Assembly: GCA_038231135.1 (NCBI GenBank)
Contig: JBBRLX010000006.1
Coordinates: forward strand, 20,161-84,160
Direction: 5' to 3'
From: Candidatus Eiseniibacteriota bacterium
Lineage (GTDB): Bacteria > Eisenbacteria > RBG-16-71-46
DNA: 64,000 bases
This document shows, piece by piece, positions 62,014 to 64,000 of the stretch. The notes below the pieces were generated by a model. The model worked only from the letters and a program-made list of their open reading frames with translations. It had not been told where the DNA came from and did no database searches. Every line of letters starts with the position of its first letter. Position 1 is the stretch's first letter. The position numbers and the translations under genes are program-made.

Positions 62014-62374
62014 GCCAGTGGCCGGCGGGACGCGGGTCGAGATCGTGCACACGGGCTGGGAGCACCTGCTCGATCGCGGTCCCGAGGCACGCAACGGTTA
62101 CGACACCGGCCGGGGCGCCGTGCTCCCAGAATTTCACGAAGCTCTGCGCGGGAGGCACGCGATGATCGCGGCCGGGTGTCCGAAATAGTTTGCACTTTGT
62201 CCGCGCCGCTTTGCTACGCTTGATGTGCAGGACACGGGGCGCCCACGAGTCCCCGCCGGCGTGATGCCGGGAAGCGCCCCGGGTGAGGTCACGCCGTCCT
62301 AACGGACGGACGCGCCGCCACCCGGCGAGGCATGCGGCGCGCCTCAAGGCCCGCCCCGCCCGTGAGAGGTCGCC

Positions 62375-63520
62375 ATGCGCCACGCGCACTGCGACGTCCG
62401 TCATCCGGTGCTGTGCATCGTTCCGCCGCACATCCTCGAGCACCTCGCGCGCCAGGCCGATCCCGAGCTGCGCGCGATCGCCCGGGCCGCACTCCAGACG
62501 CTGCTCGCCACCGAGCGCCTGCGAAGCCGCCGCGAGTCGCTCGCCGGCATTGCGCCGCCCACGGCGCCCGCCGCAGCCGAACATCGCACGATCTACGACG
62601 CGCGCCACGGCGAGTCGCTGCCGGGGCGCGAGCGGCGCGCCGAAGGCGAGGCGCCGGTGGACGACGTTTCGGCGAACGAGGCCTACGACGGCCTCGGCGC
62701 CACCTACGAACTGTTCAGCGACGCGTTCCAGCGCCGTTCGATCGACGGCCGGGGCGGGCGGCTCGACGCGTCGATCCACTACCGGCGGCGATTCAACAAC
62801 GCGTTCTGGGACGGCGGGCAGATGGTGTTCGGCGACGGAGATGGCGTGATCTTCCAGCGGTTCACGCGGTGCGTGGACGTGATCGGGCACGAGCTCGCGC
62901 ACGGAGTCACCCAGTGCGAGGCGGCGCTCGAGTATCACGACCAGCCGGGCGCCCTGAACGAGCACTTCTCGGACGTGTTCGGCTCGCTCGTGAAGCAGTT
63001 CCGGAACGGCGACACCGCGGATACGGCCGACTGGCTGATCGGCGCGGGCCTGTTTGAGCCCGGCGTTCACGGCGCAGCCCTGCGCTCGATGAAGGCGCCA
63101 GGCACGGCGTACGACGATCCGCGCATCGGCCGCGATCCCCAGCCGGCGCACATGCGCGACTACGACGACACGTTCGACGACAGCGGCGGCGTGCACGTGA
63201 ATTCGGGGATCCCGAATCATGCGTTCCAGCTCGCCGCGACGGCGCTCGGCGGGCATGCGTGGGAGCGGGCCGGCGTCGCGTGGTACCTGGCGCTCACGGA
63301 TCGTCTCGACGCGACGGCGCAGTTCACGGACGCCGCCGAAGCGACGGTGGAAGCGGCGGGAGAGCTGTTCGGCGCGGCGGCGGCGGACGCGGTGCGGGCG
63401 GCGTGGACGGCGGTCGGCGTTCCCAGTCATGCGAGCCGGCGTACGCGGCCGCGGAGGCGGATGCATGAACATTCGGGTGGTGCGGAGCGGCGGGCTCGCC
63501 GGACTCCGAAGGCAACGTGA
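62375..63520 (+). CDS. M4 family (thermolysin/protealysin-like) zinc metalloprotease, no signal peptide
   Basis: VIGHELAHGVT (HExxH) ... NEHFSDVFG (the third zinc ligand Glu), with an N-terminal short propeptide-like region. The stop is uncertain because the ORF runs 55 nt into the next gene. Confidence 0.8.
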   Translation: MRHAHCDVRHPVLCIVPPHILEHLARQADPELRAIARAALQTLLATERLRSRRESLAGIAPPTAPAAAEHRTIYDARHGESLPGRERRAEGEAPVDDVSANEAYDGLGATYELFSDAFQRRSIDGRGGRLDASIHYRRRFNNAFWDGGQMVFGDGDGVIFQRFTRCVDVIGHELAHGVTQCEAALEYHDQPGALNEHFSDVFGSLVKQFRNGDTADTADWLIGAGLFEPGVHGAALRSMKAPGTAYDDPRIGRDPQPAHMRDYDDTFDDSGGVHVNSGIPNHAFQLAATALGGHAWERAGVAWYLALTDRLDATAQFTDAAEATVEAAGELFGAAAADAVRAAWTAVGVPSHASRRTRPRRRMHEHSGGAERRARRTPKAT

Positions 63521-63770
63521 GCTCGACTCAGGCGGGCTGAGCGGAGGGGAGCGCGCGCGGCTCGAGGGTCTCGTCGACGCGGCGCGATTCTTCGAGCTGC
63601 CACACACGCTCACGCGCGGCACTCCTGACATGATCCGGTATCGCGTCACCGTCGAGCGGGCCGGCGCGGTCCACGAGGTCGAGGTCGACGACGACCTCGC
63701 GGATTCCGCGCTGCTCGCGCTGATCGAAATCGTGCTCGATGAACCGGGAGACCCTCACCACCGGCCGTGA
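63465..63770 (+). CDS. Small protein immediately downstream of the M4 protease; candidate emfourin-like protease inhibitor
   Basis: RBS ggagg 8 nt upstream of ATG 63465. A 101-aa acidic protein in the bicistronic position and of the size reported for emfourin next to protealysin-like proteases. Confidence 0.45.
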   Translation: MNIRVVRSGGLAGLRRQRELDSGGLSGGERARLEGLVDAARFFELPHTLTRGTPDMIRYRVTVERAGAVHEVEVDDDLADSALLALIEIVLDEPGDPHHRP

Positions 63771-63790
63771 CGGCTGGCCTAGGGAGGTAG

Positions 63791-64000
63791 CATGAGTCAG
63801 TTCTTCGTCGCAAATGGCAGACGGGTGGGCGCGGACGCGTCGGCAGCGCGTTTGCCAACCGCCATGGCGGCGGTGGCGGCGCCGGCGGACGCTCCCGCCC
63901 CTGCGGAATCGCCGGCGCTGGCGGACGCACCGGGATACAGCCCGATCGGCATTGGGCAGCCGCTGAGCCTCGAAATCCTCACCGCCTACGTGGGCGACCT
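63791..64000 (+). CDS. Hypothetical protein (5' partial in window; continues beyond 64000)
   Basis: RBS ggaggtagc precedes the ATG at 63791. The open frame runs to the window end. Confidence 0.3.

Noticed and set aside
61973-62188. 71-aa ORF overlapping the tadA 3' end with an SRPBCC/AHSA1-like tail (TRVEIVHTGWEHLL)
   Set aside because: It resembles only the C-terminal approx. 40 residues of that fold and overlaps tadA. It is probably a chance match or a very short gene remnant, and I am not confident enough to annotate it.

Overview
This is a 64 kb stretch of a high-GC (about 70%) chromosome from a diderm (Gram-negative-type) bacterium. Coding is dense, mostly on the + strand, and many neighbouring genes overlap by ATGA or GTGA, which suggests translational coupling. 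Most of the window is housekeeping. It includes the tsaE/tsaB-rimI genes for tRNA t6A, accD-folC-lptD, a CBS/cystathionine gamma-lyase reverse-transsulfuration pair, hyuA/hyuB hydantoinase-oxoprolinase, nagZ, ctpA, iscS-mnmA, an ABC-2 exporter, pepN, a LytS/LytTR two-component pair next to a YidE-family transporter, and tadA. Three things stand out: (i) Two low-GC patches that are probably horizontally acquired. One spans 1-2000 and carries a secreted protein plus an unknown protein with an Rx4H (HEPN-like) motif. The other spans about 54.9-57.1 kb, just downstream of a tRNA-Ser/tRNA-Ser/tRNA-Arg cluster that also contains a duplicated tRNA-Ser 3' fragment, which looks like an att-site scar, and a truncated TIR-like gene fragment. 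(ii) A gene for a signal peptide, a degenerate 5'-nucleotidase-like metallophosphatase domain and four CxxCH haems is interrupted by a single in-frame TGA at 13511-13513. A GC-rich hairpin follows 19 nt downstream, so this is a candidate selenocysteine site (or else a pseudogene). (iii) A Cyc2-like fused monohaem cytochrome-porin at 24710-25927. An M4 protealysin-like protease with a downstream emfourin-like small ORF sits at the 3' end. All calls come from reading the six-frame translations. No database searches were run.
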